A stretch of DNA of 63,778 bases, filler included, from Dugesia japonica (Eukaryota), in assembly GCA_001938525.1 (NCBI GenBank). It is 5 parts of 5 records of this genome, joined end to end, with 100 filler letters (N's around TTAATTAATTAA, not from the genome) between each part and the next. Parts side by side here need not be neighbours in the genome. Positions count along the whole stretch, not along the records: positions 29,934 to 44,893 come from MQRL01615806.1; positions 44,994 to 54,957 come from MQRL01418280.1; 3 more parts are not named here. The stretch is one strand, 5' to 3'. Both the position numbers and the translations under genes were made by a program. Numbering within the stretch: position 1 is the first letter of the stretch; each line of letters opens with the position of its first letter. The notes beneath the pieces are model-generated. The model saw nothing but the letters and a program-made list of their open reading frames with translations, was not told the DNA's origin and ran no database searches. Positions 36,201 to 50,684 of this stretch are shown here, one piece after another.

Positions 36201-39200
36201 TTCTTATTTGTTGTTCTTCTGATCTTTTATTTATTTGATCTAATATATTTTTTATGTTAATATAGGATATTTAAACTTTTTTTATTTCGGTTAACTTTTA
36301 TTATTTTGTTTGTGGAGAAATCTTTTGAGCCCGACAGTCTCCTGTCTCAATGTTGGAACAACCGGGATGTATGCTTTATAATTAATTTATTTTCGATGNN
36401 NNNNNNNNNNNNNNNNNNNNNNNNNNNNNNNNNNNNNNNNNNNNNNNNTTAAAACGACTTTATTCATAACAAAACTAAATAAAAAAGATTTAATGTTTTA
36501 ATTTTTTTAATATTATTATACGGTTTTATATGAAAAGTCTTTATGGTAAAAGTTTTTATGTGAAAAGTTTTTATGTGAAAAGTTTTAATGTGAAAAATTT
36601 TTATGTGAAAAGTTTTTATGTGAAAAGTTATTATGTGAAAAGTTTTTATGTGAAAAATTGTTATGTGAAAAGTTTTTATGTGAAAAGTTATTATGTGTAA
36701 AGTTTTTATGTGAAAAATTGTTATGTGAAAAGTTTTTATGTGAAAAATTGTTATGTAAAATGTCTGGGTACCATAAATTTTTGCACTTTTTGACTGAAAA
36801 AATTAAAAATGAATATTTTAATCAAAACCATTTGTTGCAGTTCATTTAAATATTTCCCCGTATATTCCCCCCGCTCCTCATGAGGTTTGTAAAATCTTGG
36901 ATAGCCTGAATGGTGTATATGGGAAAATGCAGTGCATTTATTCGTTCTGTAAAAACGTTTAACATAACAATATTCTTTATATTTTAAATCAAATAAACTT
37001 TCAGTATTTTTGTTGAATTCGTCATCTGAATGAGTTATTTTTATTCTATAAAATAAAGAAAAGGTCGGTTAAATAATAGTCCAGAGAATTAGGTGGACAT
37101 AAGGAACCTTTATTGTGAATTATTTGAAATTTTCCTTACTTTTCTTTGAAATGAGTAGTATTATTACAATATCATGAATGAAGTTTTTGATAAATATGAT
37201 TTACTTGTTACTAACTCAGTTGTTATTTCTTGCGGAATCAATCAATATTACAGAATCATTGAAAAATATAAATAAAATTACTTTGATATTTTTTAGAGAA
37301 ATTAAAATTATTCACCATCAATTTTTAACAAAAGATATTGAAATAAATAGTTGATTTTGTACTTGATATTATATTCTGTATTTTTAATACGATTTAATCC
37401 TAGTTTATAGTAGACACGCCCTTAATTTTTTCATGTGAATGTCGAATATGTTATTATTAAGCACTTGATTATTGCTTAGAAAAAAATTATTCGAAAAAAA
37501 AAATTTCATTGATGAAATTAGAATATTTATGAAATATTTTCTTATTCGATCTCATTTAAGGGTAATCAATAACTTAAATTTGAATGCAACTTCTACAGTC
37601 AAACCCGCTTAAATAGATAGTTGTATAATCAATATCCATTAAAGCGAGTTATCCATTTATCAGTTAAATTTTTTAAACTTTTTCTTTTTAATTTCATTAA
37701 TCAACGAATAATTAATATATTATTAAAAACATTGGAAACTAGCAATTTATTTAATGAATAAAAATTAATATGAAACAAAAAATCCTTGTCAAACTTTAAA
37801 TTTATTAGCTATTGCACAATAAGTTTCATTTTATTCTACTTCAACTCGCTGAGCTAATGAAAGTGTTATTAATGATCGCTTTGACATGTTTTAAATGCTT
37901 AAGATACTCCTAAACGGTTGGCTATGGTAATTTATGTCTAATAGAACTGTTAGATGAGTTTTGGAGAACTCATCGAAGAATTGAATTTACAACTAGCTTC
38001 CATAAAAGATTTATTTATTTTTTTTATAAAAACTGTGAATATAAATTTGTTTGGAAAAAACAAATTTATATTCGAAACGAAAAATAAAATCTATCAGCTT
38101 TTTAAAAAATATTTCATTAATTCAGTTTATTTTACATTTTAATAAATAACGTAAAATTTAAAAATACAATAAAAATTATAAAATTGTAATATAGATTGTG
38201 AATTAGAAATTTTATATTTAACACAAATTATAAAGTTCAAATTCGCTTTCTGTAAACAAAATAAAATTTAAAATCCGTTTGCTTTTAACGGTTAATTTTA
38301 AAATTTATTTTACAAATTATTTTATTGATTCAATTTAAATATTTAACAAATCTGATTTTAATAAATTCCGTTTCAAAATACAAAAAATTTAGACTTGCTT
38401 TTAAAAACTATCTTACAAGAACTATTTTGGGATTACCAGATATAATTTAGATAAAGATATAGATATATTTGTTGACTTTTATAAAGTTAATTTTTCGACC
38501 ACATATGTCCACGAGTTAATTAACTAAAAGTTTAATAGTGCAATATTTTATTAAATAAATAAACAAATAATTAAAATATTCTATATTACCAAAAAATACT
38601 AAAATGTAATTTTATTTCAATATCTGTTCATTTTTTAATTTAATTTTTCTCTTTAATTTGGAATTATTTTTTTATTTTATAAATAAAATAAACGTGGTGA
38701 TATTGTTAATAAAATTTTGATATTATTAGTTTAGTTATTCATAGTAATCATCAATAATATCATGTCACTCTGCTGGCTTTGAAAAATTACTAATGGTTGA
38801 ATAATCATCATACCTATGTTGTTCTGATTTCATATTGACACAAAACACTAACTAGTGTATTCATTTTATAAAAAATTTATCTCTGAAATTATTATTTGAA
38901 ATATCAATGTAGTTTACAATAATTGTTATTTGCAATATTTAGGTTAATATACCAAATACTTCTGACCAAAGTCTTTCAAATTTTTTTTCATCTTCACCAG
39001 TAATTTCTGAAAATTTGTTAGTAAATAACAATTTTCCTACAAACGATGATTTTGATGATATATTTTTGCAATCTGATCTCAGGTTAATAATCTTTTATGT
39101 GATTTTCAATATCAATAATAAAATATTAGTCTTAATATAACAAAACGATTTGTAAGACCTACTAGAAATCAAAAAATTTCTTCGCGCAATCCTATTAAAA

Positions 39201-42200
39201 AATTAAACGAAAGATCAGATTTAAAGAATGAATATGAGGAAAGGTTAACTGGAGTTGCAGAAAGAGAACTGAAACGATGTCAAATTGAGAATAGTAAATT
39301 TTTATTTTGTTGAAAATTTTTAGTGCATGATAATGATTTTAGTACAGTCTAAGGCTGGTTATGTAGAAGAAGCTCTCGCAGGTCTTACAGCTAAAGAGGA
39401 TTTTTCAAAAATTAAACTCAAGAGAACTGACAGCAATAAATTATTTGAACAATTTATTAGTCCGTATAAAGATGTGATGCTTATTTCTGTAAAAGGTTTG
39501 CACTAATTTTTTGTCTTGAACATTTATTAATACCGTAAACAACATCTCAATGATAACTTTCCTTTACAAATAGAGGGTTTTCACACAAAATACAACTTTT
39601 ATATACAAAGTTTTATTAGACAACAAAACATAAAAACCTGACTAATTGGGTGTAGTTGTTGTCAGCAGATTGGAACGCAACCGACCATCCACAAACTTAA
39701 TTTTTTCTATTTTCTCATCTATTCCAAATATTTCTCATCTTTCCTGCATAGCTTATAATTTTTTTCCATATTTTTTGAGAGTCCTTTATCGCTGAAAATC
39801 TATAATCATATGAAATTTGATTTACTTATATTTTTCTGTCCATTCATAGCCAAACATAATTCATGCAATTTACAATATTCGAATAGTCAAAATAAAAAAT
39901 CTTCATAATAATAAAAATTATGTATAAATAATAATATAAATAAATACACAAAAATGAAAATCTTACTAACTAAAACTAACTCTATTTTCTATAAAACTAA
40001 AAATTATTATATAAAGTATTATATAAAAAGACAATATATTATTTAATAAATAAAGACGTGTACTGATATTTTGATTTATTAATTATTCTTATTTTATAAC
40101 TAAAAACTTTTTAAAAAGTTTAAAAGATATTGAAGTGATGATGCAATTTTAAAAGCAGAGTCAAATCATATTTGAAATTCGTATTTAAAAGAAATAGTAC
40201 TGTTCACAGACATCTGTGGCATATTCATAGCATTATTAAACTAAAATTAAAATTATTTAATATTTTTTACGAATAATAAATGTACTATCTTTCTCTTGTT
40301 TGTCTTGATCCTGAATGATATATTGTTAATTTTCTAAAATTTTAAAAATGCTCTTAAATCCTATTGATAGTAATAATTTCCTATTTTCCAAATATCAAGA
40401 CTTCAAACTTCCAATGATAAAGATATGCAGAGAGCCTTGCATGTTGGATCGAATGATTTATATATTTTTCCCACAATTTAATAAGTTTCTTTATTCTTAT
40501 CGTCCGCGCTTTCATAGCTTAAATTTTAATCGAATATATAAAACTGTCCAGATTAATTTCGCCACATCTATATTTTTACCTGATCTGGTAGACGGACAAA
40601 TAGTCCACGGAGAAAAATATTAAATTGCACGAACTTTTTGTCTTAGTTTTGTCCTACATCCACCTGATCTTTGAAATATTTAAGTTTTCCATAACATTTA
40701 TACGAAATGATTTTTATACGTCAAAACCTTTATACGAAATTGCAATATTTATACGAAAACACTTTTATATAAAATAAATTTTAAACGAAAATACCGAGGA
40801 TCGTTTTTATATATCTTAATGTCATTTCGAATATAATAAATGTGTCCTTTATAAAAATGGAAATTTTTTAAATAATTTTTCAATGTATTTAGAATTTTAA
40901 TTTCTAGTCTGGGACATGTTTAATTATAATATGCATACCAAAATATGGTAACAATTAATAAATATCCTAATAAAGACCTATGATTATATAATCTATATAC
41001 ATATCCAAATAAATTAAAATGTATGATTTGGAAACAAAACTTCTCGTTTTGATTTTTGATAAATTTGAAAGTTGAAATAAAGGAGATATATATATGTGTG
41101 TGTGTGTGAATTGTATTTGTTTTATTGAATAAAAAATTTTCAATGAAATAAATGTATGCTTTATGTGTGTGTTGATAAAAGTCCAAAAGTCTATTTGTGA
41201 ATATATTAACAATAGATTAAATATATTATGTGACTAAATAATGAAAGATTAATTTTATCTTATCATTTGTTATTATTTTTCTCAAAAATAGTATTGTAAA
41301 ATATTTCAAATTTTTGGAATATTTTTCGTTTTGATGAATTATTGTTAATATCTGTTAATAGAGCTTTAAATATTTTCAGCATTAACTTGTTAAAGTATCC
41401 TCAATTCAGCTATATAGTACGCTAATCCTAGAAGCTTATAATTAATAGCAGACCTTGTTCCTTTTTTTTGTGATACCTTAGATAATACATATACACTGCC
41501 CAGCAATGGGGATTTCTTCGGTTTACTTAATTAATTATAGGTATGTTTATCGCGGCGTGTTTACTACGTGTAGTTTCTTTACGAATTCTTGGTTTAATTG
41601 TTCTATACACTAATAGTAGCTTCGATTTAAAATCGATTGATTCTTCAGCTACTAGTAGAAGTGTCAATCGGTTTTTAACACTATAACCAGTCTGTGTTTT
41701 TTCTTTCTCTTCTATAAATTTTCGCAGTTGAAATCATTTCTAGAACAACCTAAACTTGTCAGGTTACAAATTCTATTATCTGCGTAGTCTTCCTTAGGCT
41801 TTTTCAATTCATTTAAAGATAATTTTCTGATTTTGCATTGACATTTTATAATTTCATGTTTCTTTTCTAATGTAAATCACTTGAGGTTTATGTTACTCCC
41901 ATACAGTCTTCTACGTTTTGTTTCTTCACTCATTAAACTTCTAAAAATAATAAAAATTTATTTATTATAAATTAATTACGTAATAATTACAAATGTAAGA
42001 ATAAAAACCGAGTTAGATCGAAACTCACGTTATTCAACATCGCACAACGCAAATTATTCTGTATATATTTTATGTTATATTTGATAAAAAATTTAATAAA
42101 TTTTGTAATTAATTTCTTCCATCATCTAGGAAGGAAAAGTATTCAAGTTCGTCTTGTTGAGCCCATTTCTTCTTCGATTAACATTGGTGACTGTTATTTA

Positions 42201-44166
42201 TTACTTACAAAACAGCTTGCATTCGTTTGGATAGGCGAATGTGCTAATGTTATTGAGATCAATAAAGTTAATGAATTAGGTTCTTGGATTACAAAATGTA
42301 AGGAATTGAATTACAGCGGTAGTTCAGACAAACCTATTGTGGTCAAATCAGATGAAAATGCTACGAATAATTGTGCAATTCAATTCTGGAAATGTCTTCA
42401 TTATGATGCCATACAAATGATCAATCGTAAGGAAGTTTTATTACACTTTCTAGCAAAATTTACATGATTTAGTTTTGTATCATTGTGTCCTATCATTAGA
42501 TTATTTATAGAAATGGTTACTTTATAGATAATTTAACTTTCTGATTTTGCGATTAATTTTTCTATCCATAATATTAGTTTAATTCGTAATTTAATTATTT
42601 AAATTAAAAACTGATAAAAATAAAATACAAATATAAATGATATTAAATTTCATATTACCTCGGAATTAGTTTATTCAATTTTAAATTATTTGTAATTAAA
42701 ATTTTTTGGATGAATTAATTTTCTTTACTAATTATATAACTAGGTAACTTATGAGAGGTAAAGAATGCGCGTAGAAAAAACATTTGCAGAATTTTTTTTA
42801 AATTAAATTTTATTTATGCATCATTATATTTTTACAAAAAGTAAAGATTTTCAAAATTTGTAAATTTTTTATGCTTATTTTTAAAATTATCTGCTCTCAT
42901 AAATTTTGTTCTTTTTTAATATAACTTTCATTGTAAGTTTTAAAATGTTCAATAAAATAAATATAAATCTGTATCATTAGTTTTGAGGTTTAAAATTTTG
43001 AGCATCACGAACAAACAAATAAACAAACATACACCACTGGGATTTTAATATATTAATTGGAGTTGCTTTTTTAAATTTAGTTACGATGTTATCATTGCTT
43101 TTATAAATCTTTTGAAAATTCTACAATTACATGAGTTATTGCAAGAATAATTGTTGGACTTAACCATTGATCGCATTTGAGATTTCATTGAAATAATAAC
43201 TTCGATCAAATTAAATTGTTGTTTTATAGATATTCGAATTTTCAACTATTGTATTTATGAATATGCTAATATTGTCTTCATAATATTCTTGAAGAAGACA
43301 ATAGTCGAAAATTCGAATATCTATAAAATAACAATTTAATTTCATCGAACCTATTATTTCAATGAAAATTTTAAAATTCTCCTTTATCTCCGAATATAAT
43401 TCATATTTTCTGAATTATTACGACACCGCTTATTAGTCGTAAAATATTAAATATTTTTTAATTTTCAATAAGAGTAAAGAATTCTTAGAAAAGAGTTCTG
43501 GTGGAAATTCGGAAAACTAAAAATTAAAGAAAATTGAATTTGCTCTTTATTTTTGTTCAAAATAGATTCTTTAATTGTTTAAATTTTTCAAAAATCTGAT
43601 ATAATAATTTGGTATTATTGATTAATACTATTAACGTAAATGTAGCTCCTGGAGATGTATTGGAAGATGAATTATACGAAAGAATGATACAACGAACTAA
43701 TATGATTTATAAAGTTGTTGGAAATCAGTTAGTACCCTTTGATGAATACTGGGGTTCACCTCTTAAACATAAAATGTTAACTGACGATCAAGTTTTTATC
43801 TTTGATTTTGGAACAGAATTGTATTTATGGACTGGATCCAAAGCTGATATGAAAACGAAAGCTAATGGACGAAATTTGCTCAAGATGCTATTTTCTATAG
43901 GTTATAATTACGAATCTTGTTCCATCAATCCTTTAGATCCATTACCAAGTAAGAAATTTTCTTATTTTTATATAAGATTTATTGTGATAATAGACAATCA
44001 AAAAGAAGCAAAGCCAACTAAAGGATCTGCTCGACCTAATTGGGTGATCGTTGGAAGACTGCCACAGAAAGGAGAAACAACATTATTTAAAGAAAAATTT
44101 TCCGATTGGCCAGAAACGTCAAGATTAATTAAAAGTTCTTTGCAGTCTAAAGCTAACAATGAAAAA
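33280..44166 (+). CDS. SVIL: Supervillin-like (villin/gelsolin family) gene, 3'-partial
   Basis: Phase-compatible GT-AG exons 38943-39082, 39130-39293, 39343-39495, 42130-42426, 43646-43948, 43994-44166 give SRNPIKKLNERSDLKNEY, ALAGLTAKEDF, PYKDVMLISVKGRKSIQVRLVEP, VFIFDFGTELYLWTG, RPNWVIVGR...ETTLFKEKFSDW. Exons 33280-33319, 33367-33468, 33521-33621 are phase-compatible, but their linkage is inferred. Confidence 0.88.
34560..34800 (-). pseudogene. Restriction-like endonuclease domain of an R2/NeSL-type non-LTR retrotransposon
   Basis: FLDTKTPYD...NISKYPSL...LAIGCFGSW...ND fits the D.K.P..KY..L..vGalGsw pattern. Confidence 0.65.
35298..36772 (+). mobile_element. Internally deleted MULE transposon with tandem-repeat TIRs
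   Basis: TTTCACATAAAAACT array (35310-35430) inverted to the AGTTTTTATGTGAAA array (36540-36760); flanking direct repeat (C)ATAAATTT at 35289-35297 and 36772-36780; ORF 35662-36072 MALPFIP...WNCY...RTNNAEGWHSRF. Confidence 0.88.
43283..43320 (+). ncRNA. Minimal hammerhead (U3 variant) inside an inverted Penelope pLTR pair
   Basis: ATATTC TTGAAGA A GAC AATA GTC GAA AATT C GAATAT: perfect 6-bp stem I and 3-bp stem II; inverted arms at about 43182-43251 and 43298-43367. Confidence 0.65.
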
Positions 44167-44390
44167 GTAAAACACTTTTTATTTTAATTAATTCTTTTTA
44201 AATTCTTTAAAAATATTTTTTATAAAATTAAATTATTTGAATAAAAGTAAAAGAAATATTTTAATGAAAAAATAACATTAAAAGATTTTAAGAATCAGAT
44301 ATATCGTATAAATTCTAATGAATTTCATTAATTTGAATATTTTATCTTGATAATTCGGGACACACCACTTATTAGAATTGATACATTAAT

Positions 44391-44893
44391 ATGCATGGCG
44401 TGACACAAAAACAACGAGACGAGACTAATGCTGTAATTTTATTTATTCACAAAATGAGTACAACTATTTGTGGCCCTATTCAAAATATAAATCGTCATTA
44501 TTCACACACACCTGCATTCCACCGTTCAAAACAATACTACAGGTCGCTTGTCGTCAGGATGTGTAATAGCTCCGTCGTCTTTGCCCGTACTGCTTTCATT
44601 GTTGCAAAACGCATTCCTTTAAGCGTCAAATTTATTTTTGGGAATAGGAAAAAATCGCACGGCACTAAATCAGAAGAATATGGATGATGTTCAAGTACAG
44701 TGATATTTTTACTGGTCAAAAATTGATTGGCTGATAAAGCTTTGTGGCACTATTTTTGCATAAACTTTCTTCATGTGTAACACCTGCGTTAAAATACGTC
44801 GAACACTTTCTCTGTCCATATTTAACTGCACGAACACTCGTCTTCTCTCTTTCCTTGTTGTATCTTGAACTTTTGCAATGTTTTCGTCATTGA
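44391..44893 (-). mobile_element. Mariner transposase remnant in a supervillin intron or downstream region
   Basis: HHPYSSDLVPCDFFLFPKI..LKG.RF matches the mariner HPPYSPDLAPxDF motif. Confidence 0.85.
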
Positions 44894-45249
44894 NNNNNNN
44901 NNNNNNNNNNNNNNNNNNNNNNNNNNNNNNNNNNNNNTTAATTAATTAANNNNNNNNNNNNNNNNNNNNNNNNNNNNNNNNNNNNNNNNNNNNGCTGTAT
45001 TTGTTAATTCAGCCAGACTTGGATCGTTATCTCTCTGAACATCGTATTTCAAATGATCTTTGTTTAAAAGTCCTTCAATAAATTTATAAATTAAATTGAA
45101 AATTCAATCAAACTTAAGTAAAATGGAAACCCTAATCATGATTTGAAGTTAACTATTTCCAAAAAGTGAACCACGTTTGTAATTAAAATTATAGTAACTA
45201 ACGGATAGAACCAAATAGTATGACGAACTCAAATAGTATGGTCATAATT

Positions 45250-45950
45250 TCAATCAAGAAAATAAAAATTTCGGAGGACAAAATACATGAGACAATAGAA
45301 GAAATACATAAATTATTATGTCATACCTGAGTGGAGAAGGTATACGAATGCATAAAAACATATACATTGCGAAAGATTTGTTGAGCCAAATACAGAAAGT
45401 TGTTCGTTGTTGTGAAATTTGTCAGAAGATCAAAGTAGTGACGACGTCAACTAAAGAGAAGACAAGGAGATTAGAAGCTACCAATTTGTTTGAAGTCATA
45501 TTCACAGATATATGTGGGGCAATGTGGGTAACAAGTGGACGAAAAAAATACATTATTGGAATAATCGACCAGTACAATAAATATCTGGTTCTTATACCAT
45601 TGCCTATATAAGTCCAGTAAACAATACGAATAAGCCATTTTTGAAAAGTGAATATTTAGATTTGGATGTCCAAGAGAAATAAGACTCGATTGTAGAAAAG
45701 TTTTTGAAGCCAGAGTTAGAAGAGAGTTTGCACTGAAGTTAGATATTAAACTTTGTATTTCGAGTCCCTATCATCATAATGCAAACGGACAAATTTAAAG
45801 AAAATTCAGGACGATTCGAGATTTGATTAATGCAACACTTTAGGAAAGAAAGACATCAGATTGGGCAGATCTTTTACCAGAAATAGAATTTACAATGAAC
45901 ACAACAAAGCAGAAGATTACTGGAAAGAGTCCAGCTGAGATCGTACCTGG
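45250..45950 (+). pseudogene. Gypsy LTR retrotransposon integrase remnant
   Basis: CCEICQK, FEVIFTDICG, GIIDQYNKY, FGCPREI..D, SSPYHHNANGQI*R, WADLLPEIEF..NTT. Confidence 0.85.
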
Positions 45951-46195
45951 AATTACACACATGTTTTTTAATTAATTTTATGCTATTAAGCAAACATAAA
46001 ATTCATTAAAATTAGTATAATAATTGCAAATTTTCTCCTTAATGAACAAAATCAAAAAGCAAAAACTTCATATAGGTTGTTTTCTAGTAACATTAAATAA
46101 TGTATGATTCTGAACAGTATTAATGTTAAAATTAGATGTTCAGTCAAATTTAATATCCAATAAGTTATACTTTTTGATTAGTTTTAAATCTTATA

Positions 46196-46562
46196 TGTGA
46201 TAATTTACTCTTCATTGATCTTTTTTCACACCTCACTAGCCCTCAGTTATTATAGCTCTGTTCACTAGTGCTCAGTCATGTATATTCGAAACTCTGTGCA
46301 CTGGTTCTCAGACATTAAGACTCTGCTAGCTGTGCACTGGTCCTCAATACTCTATTTACTGATCACTAGTGCTCTACCCACTGTAGACTGATCTTAAGGT
46401 ATTAATGGTTTTCTCGGTCTTCATAGGTCTTCACATTTTACTAATTTTCTCACTCTTTGCTAGTATCACTTTTCATTGGTGATACATGGACTGTTTGGTT
46501 AGTTATTTTACTTTGATTGAATCAAGTTTCTATTTGAGGATTTAATTATTTAATTCTATACA
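46196..46562 (+). mobile_element. Possible LTR
   Basis: TG...CA bounded, internal CACTAGTGCTC-like repeats, followed by TTTGGGG (PBS-like start); no TSD seen. Confidence 0.35.
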
Positions 46563-46858
46563 TTTGGGGTCATTATGTAACTCATTATGTAATACACACT
46601 TATGTAATATCTGCTTATTTGAAAAAATTTGGATAAGTAAAGATACCAAAAAACATTTTAAAACGTTTTTTGGAAAGTTCTTTGTTTCTTAATTAAGATA
46701 CATTTTTCGGTATCAAAATGTCTTAGACAATATACGTGATTATATACCCAATAAATAATTGTCTATAACTGATGACGATTAGAGCTTTACAATGCATGGT
46801 ATTGTCAAAGAAAAAATCATGAAAAAAAGTTCTACTATTAATTTATCAAGAGACTTAC

Positions 46859-49644
46859 CAAACAAATAATCAATTTTATTAACATCAATTTGTCGAAATT
46901 CATTAGCATTTGTAACAAGAGCACCTTTTGTATTAAATTTTGATTTCCATTCTAAAAGTAAATTTCTGTTATCTTCTCTGCTACCATTTGCAGAAACAGG
47001 AAGAAAATAACTTGAGCCGCCGCCCAAAATAACTTGAAATTTTTCAGCCTGTTTGAATAATTGCAAAGCAATATCATCCACATTACAATTTTTTGGAACT
47101 CTAAGGATTTAAAATTAATAAAAAGTTAATTTTATTGTAATATTAAAAAGTTTCGAATTTATTAAAATGAAAATCTAGCAAAAATCGCTTTCCGTAAAAT
47201 TATAATATTAATAAAAATATTTGTAGATCGGAATTGACAACAATAATTTTTCAGTTTTTATCTCATTTTATTATTCCTGATAATGCACGTTAGTAAAGTC
47301 AAAATTTTCAATCAACAATAGTAAAGGAAACAATTAATAAAAAATCAAATTTTATAATGATAATAAATATTTAAATAATAAATAAATTTATAAAAACATT
47401 ATATAACAAACTTTTACAGAAAAATCCTTACAAAATTCTCTTAAATAAANTTACAGATTTAAATTTCTATTTCTGTTTTGATAGTGAAATCTTTTACAAC
47501 GGGATTACCAACAATTAATATTGTGGTCGAAAAATCATTTCTCGAGATTTCTGGGTAATTCCCAAAAAAATTTTTCTTCTATCACGAGATTATAATGAAA
47601 ATATTGAAATTCTCGTTTCTCGAGAAATCGTTTATTAAGTCATATGTGAACATCAGAGGATGAGAGAATAATTTATTTGAATTTCTTTACCATGAAGTTG
47701 AAAACGTTTTAATTGCTAAAGGTGTATTGCAATTTCTATTCAATGGCCTTGAAAGAAAAAAATATCACCAGAGAATTCGTAGCCAAAATCATAACGTAAA
47801 TTTTCAAGCGAAGAAACGAACTTGTAATATCATTGATAAAATTTTTACAAGACCCTAATTCTATTAGTATACAATATTATAGAGCAACCTATTTTTGTTG
47901 TGCTATCCCCGTTTTGTTATATTTGATTTGTTCTATTCATTGAATGTAATAGGTTTAATAGACTTATGTGGTTAAAGTTGTATTTGGCTCTTTGTATTCA
48001 TCTGATGTTTTTTTCATTCAATTCATCAAATGTGATCGGTCTTAGGAATTTATTGAGTTTATTATATGTATTTAGTTGTACTTTATGTTTGTCTATCTCT
48101 TGGAATAGGTTTAATTAAATGTATTGTGCTGTACTTGTTTCATTTTGTCCGTCAAATGTAACAGGTTTAATAGATTTAATGGATTCTTTAGGTGTATTGG
48201 GTATAATGCAATCATTTGGTTAATTTAATTTACTCAATTTACATAGCGATACATTGAGACATTTATGGTGATTTACATAAATTTCACTAAGAAAAATATT
48301 TTAAGTTCTTTCATTTACATATAAATTATTAAAATGGATTAAATACATTACATTAAAATATATAAGGATTTTATTAAATTANNNNNNNNNNNNNNNNNNN
48401 NNNNNNNNNNNNNNNNNNNNNNNNNTTTTTTTATTTATTTTTTGAGATTGAATCGATATTTCGACTTTTTCTTCGTCAGGAATTGACTTTTCACACTAAC
48501 TACATTAAATTTTACGAAAACGCCGTCAATATTATAGTAATTTTCATTAAAATATGTATTAATTTCATTAGAAGAAAAAATTCATACAATTATTCAAGAG
48601 TTCTTAACATAGCATGCATTATTATTATAGACATTTTTTTTATTTAACTATAATATATAGAGGAATAGTAGCGCACAGTATCAACTCCCCTCATGCAATA
48701 ACTTAATCACTCTGTTTTAGAGGGAACCATTAAAATTACAGCATATTAAGTAATCGGATTAAGTAGTAGTGGATTTTTTATACAGTTTAAGTTTTTGAAA
48801 TTATTATTGGAATTCGGGTAAGTAAAACTAAACTTTTAAAATATGAAAACAAATTCAAAAATTCTTTTCATTAAAATTTAATATTCAAGCATATATTATT
48901 TTTGACAAGCTAGTATTGTATGTTTCATTTTAAGAGGGAAAAGGTTAGCAGAAAAAGTAATGAAAACGGTGTTAAAATCATCACATTTTTCGGGTGAACT
49001 TATCTCATGCTCTTTCAGGTTGGGAGCTCTGTGGCTAGCGTAGGGTATCTTTTAGGTCACATGTCTTTCTTTACACTTGGTATGGTTAGGGTGCTCTTCA
49101 GAATGCAAGGATTCTTTCATTACTTTCAATATTTATCAAACATATAATACAATATGCAAGACATTTTGAACTGACCTAATATTATTAAACAGTAATATTA
49201 AAAACATGATTATTCAAAAAACATCCCTTTAATAAATATGTGAATAAATTTTTATAATTATATTTTTCATAAATTGTAATAATTTTTATTTAATAAACTC
49301 ATTTCTTTCACAAATATTTACATTAAATTAAATTACAAATATTCTTGAATAAATTAACAGTAATATCTTAAATTAAATTAAAAAACATGACAACATACTT
49401 TTTTATATTTATTTAATATTATAAATTTACTTATATTCCCAATTTCTTGATGGAGTATTAGCATATAGGGATCCAGGTGTTGCGTGTGTTATTCTTGTAG
49501 TTGTGACAATTCCAACAGATTTATTGAGATTTGCAAACATGGTGCCTATGGTTAATAAATCGTCTGTTATAGGATTGTATGTGGAGCAGTTTTCGAAATA
49601 AACATTTGGTCCAACTCCAACTACATTAGACCGAATTTTCACAC
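46859..49644 (-). CDS. Alkaline phosphatase, two internal exons (49431-49644 and 46859-47100)
   Basis: Phase-compatible splice gives GVK...KSVGIVTTTRITHATPGSLYANTPSRNWE...DIALQL...VILGGG...GSREDNRNLLLEW...DYLFG. Confidence 0.92.
48451..48484 (-). ncRNA. Minimal hammerhead, same family as 27354
   Basis: Reverse complement AATTCCTGACGAAGAAAAAGTCGAAATATCGATT; stems partly decayed. Confidence 0.5.
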
Positions 49645-49792
49645 CTGAAAAACATTTTTTTTAAAATAATTTTTATTATTTCTAGAAAATAAATGAAATA
49701 TAAGAATATTATAATACACATTTTTTATCCATTAATTACGTCAACAAAATTGCGGGTTTTGAAGAAGTTTAATAATTCTTGACAATGGAAGG

Positions 49793-50488
49793 TGAGATAT
49801 GCAATACTGACATTGCTAAAACCAGTAATACCGATATTATGGAACTTAAATACCGGTATTAAATATTAAGTATTAGACGAGTTTGTTACACTCATTGTTG
49901 AATTCATAAGACCAACACTTTCGATTAACAAAATTCGTTACAACATAATACAATACAAAAAACACAGAACATGAATTCGTCTTCTTGAAAAAATTTATTA
50001 AATTCATATTTACGACTGAAATGGTTAATATTAGTTTAAAAAAATTAGTTTAATTAATTCATAAATTTTAAACTATTTTCAATTTGAAAACAGACTTATT
50101 AATAAATTTTAAAATTTATATATATTAAAAAAATTTAGTTATATTTACAATTTTTAGATTTATATTTTATGTTTTGCTTCGAATATTAGATAACGTAATT
50201 TTATAGTCGGGAAAATAGAAAATCTAAATTTTTATGAACAATCAAATGAAAGAATTTATGCAGAGTTTTATTTTCTACGTGCGAAAAGGTCAAATGACAA
50301 AATGTAAGCAATGTCAAATATAATTAAAACTCAAGGGGAGAGTACAAGTTGTGTGATGTGTTGTTGTTCCTTTTTTTAAAGTTGAACTTTTGCATTTTAT
50401 TTTTTTACTTTTATGAATAACGTTATTAATAAAAGTTTAATGCGAAAATACCGGTATTCATTTTTGTATCCGGTATTGCGATCCCCAA
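49793..50488 (+). mobile_element. Non-autonomous hAT remnant with BED-finger trace
   Basis: Inverted ends ..GCAATAC / GGTATTGCGATCCC, subterminal ATACCGGTAT repeats, and a decayed YF...KCKQC..LK.KGESTS at about 50268-50350. Confidence 0.55.
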
Positions 50489-50684
50489 GACGAGGGTGTC
50501 CAAGATAAATTGATGTCAACAATGTTTGGCGATAAATGTAATGAATCAGAAAGTTGTTTACATAATTAATGGACAGCCCTTAAACATGAACTTTAAAATT
50601 CTGAAATTTTTTTTTTATCCTCAAAACAACATCTTAAATAATATTACTAAATGTGATATATCGAATCTTTAACTTCACCTATAA

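Noticed and set aside
36658-36849. LCEK-repeat ORF
   Set aside because: Translation of the MULE 15-bp subterminal repeat.
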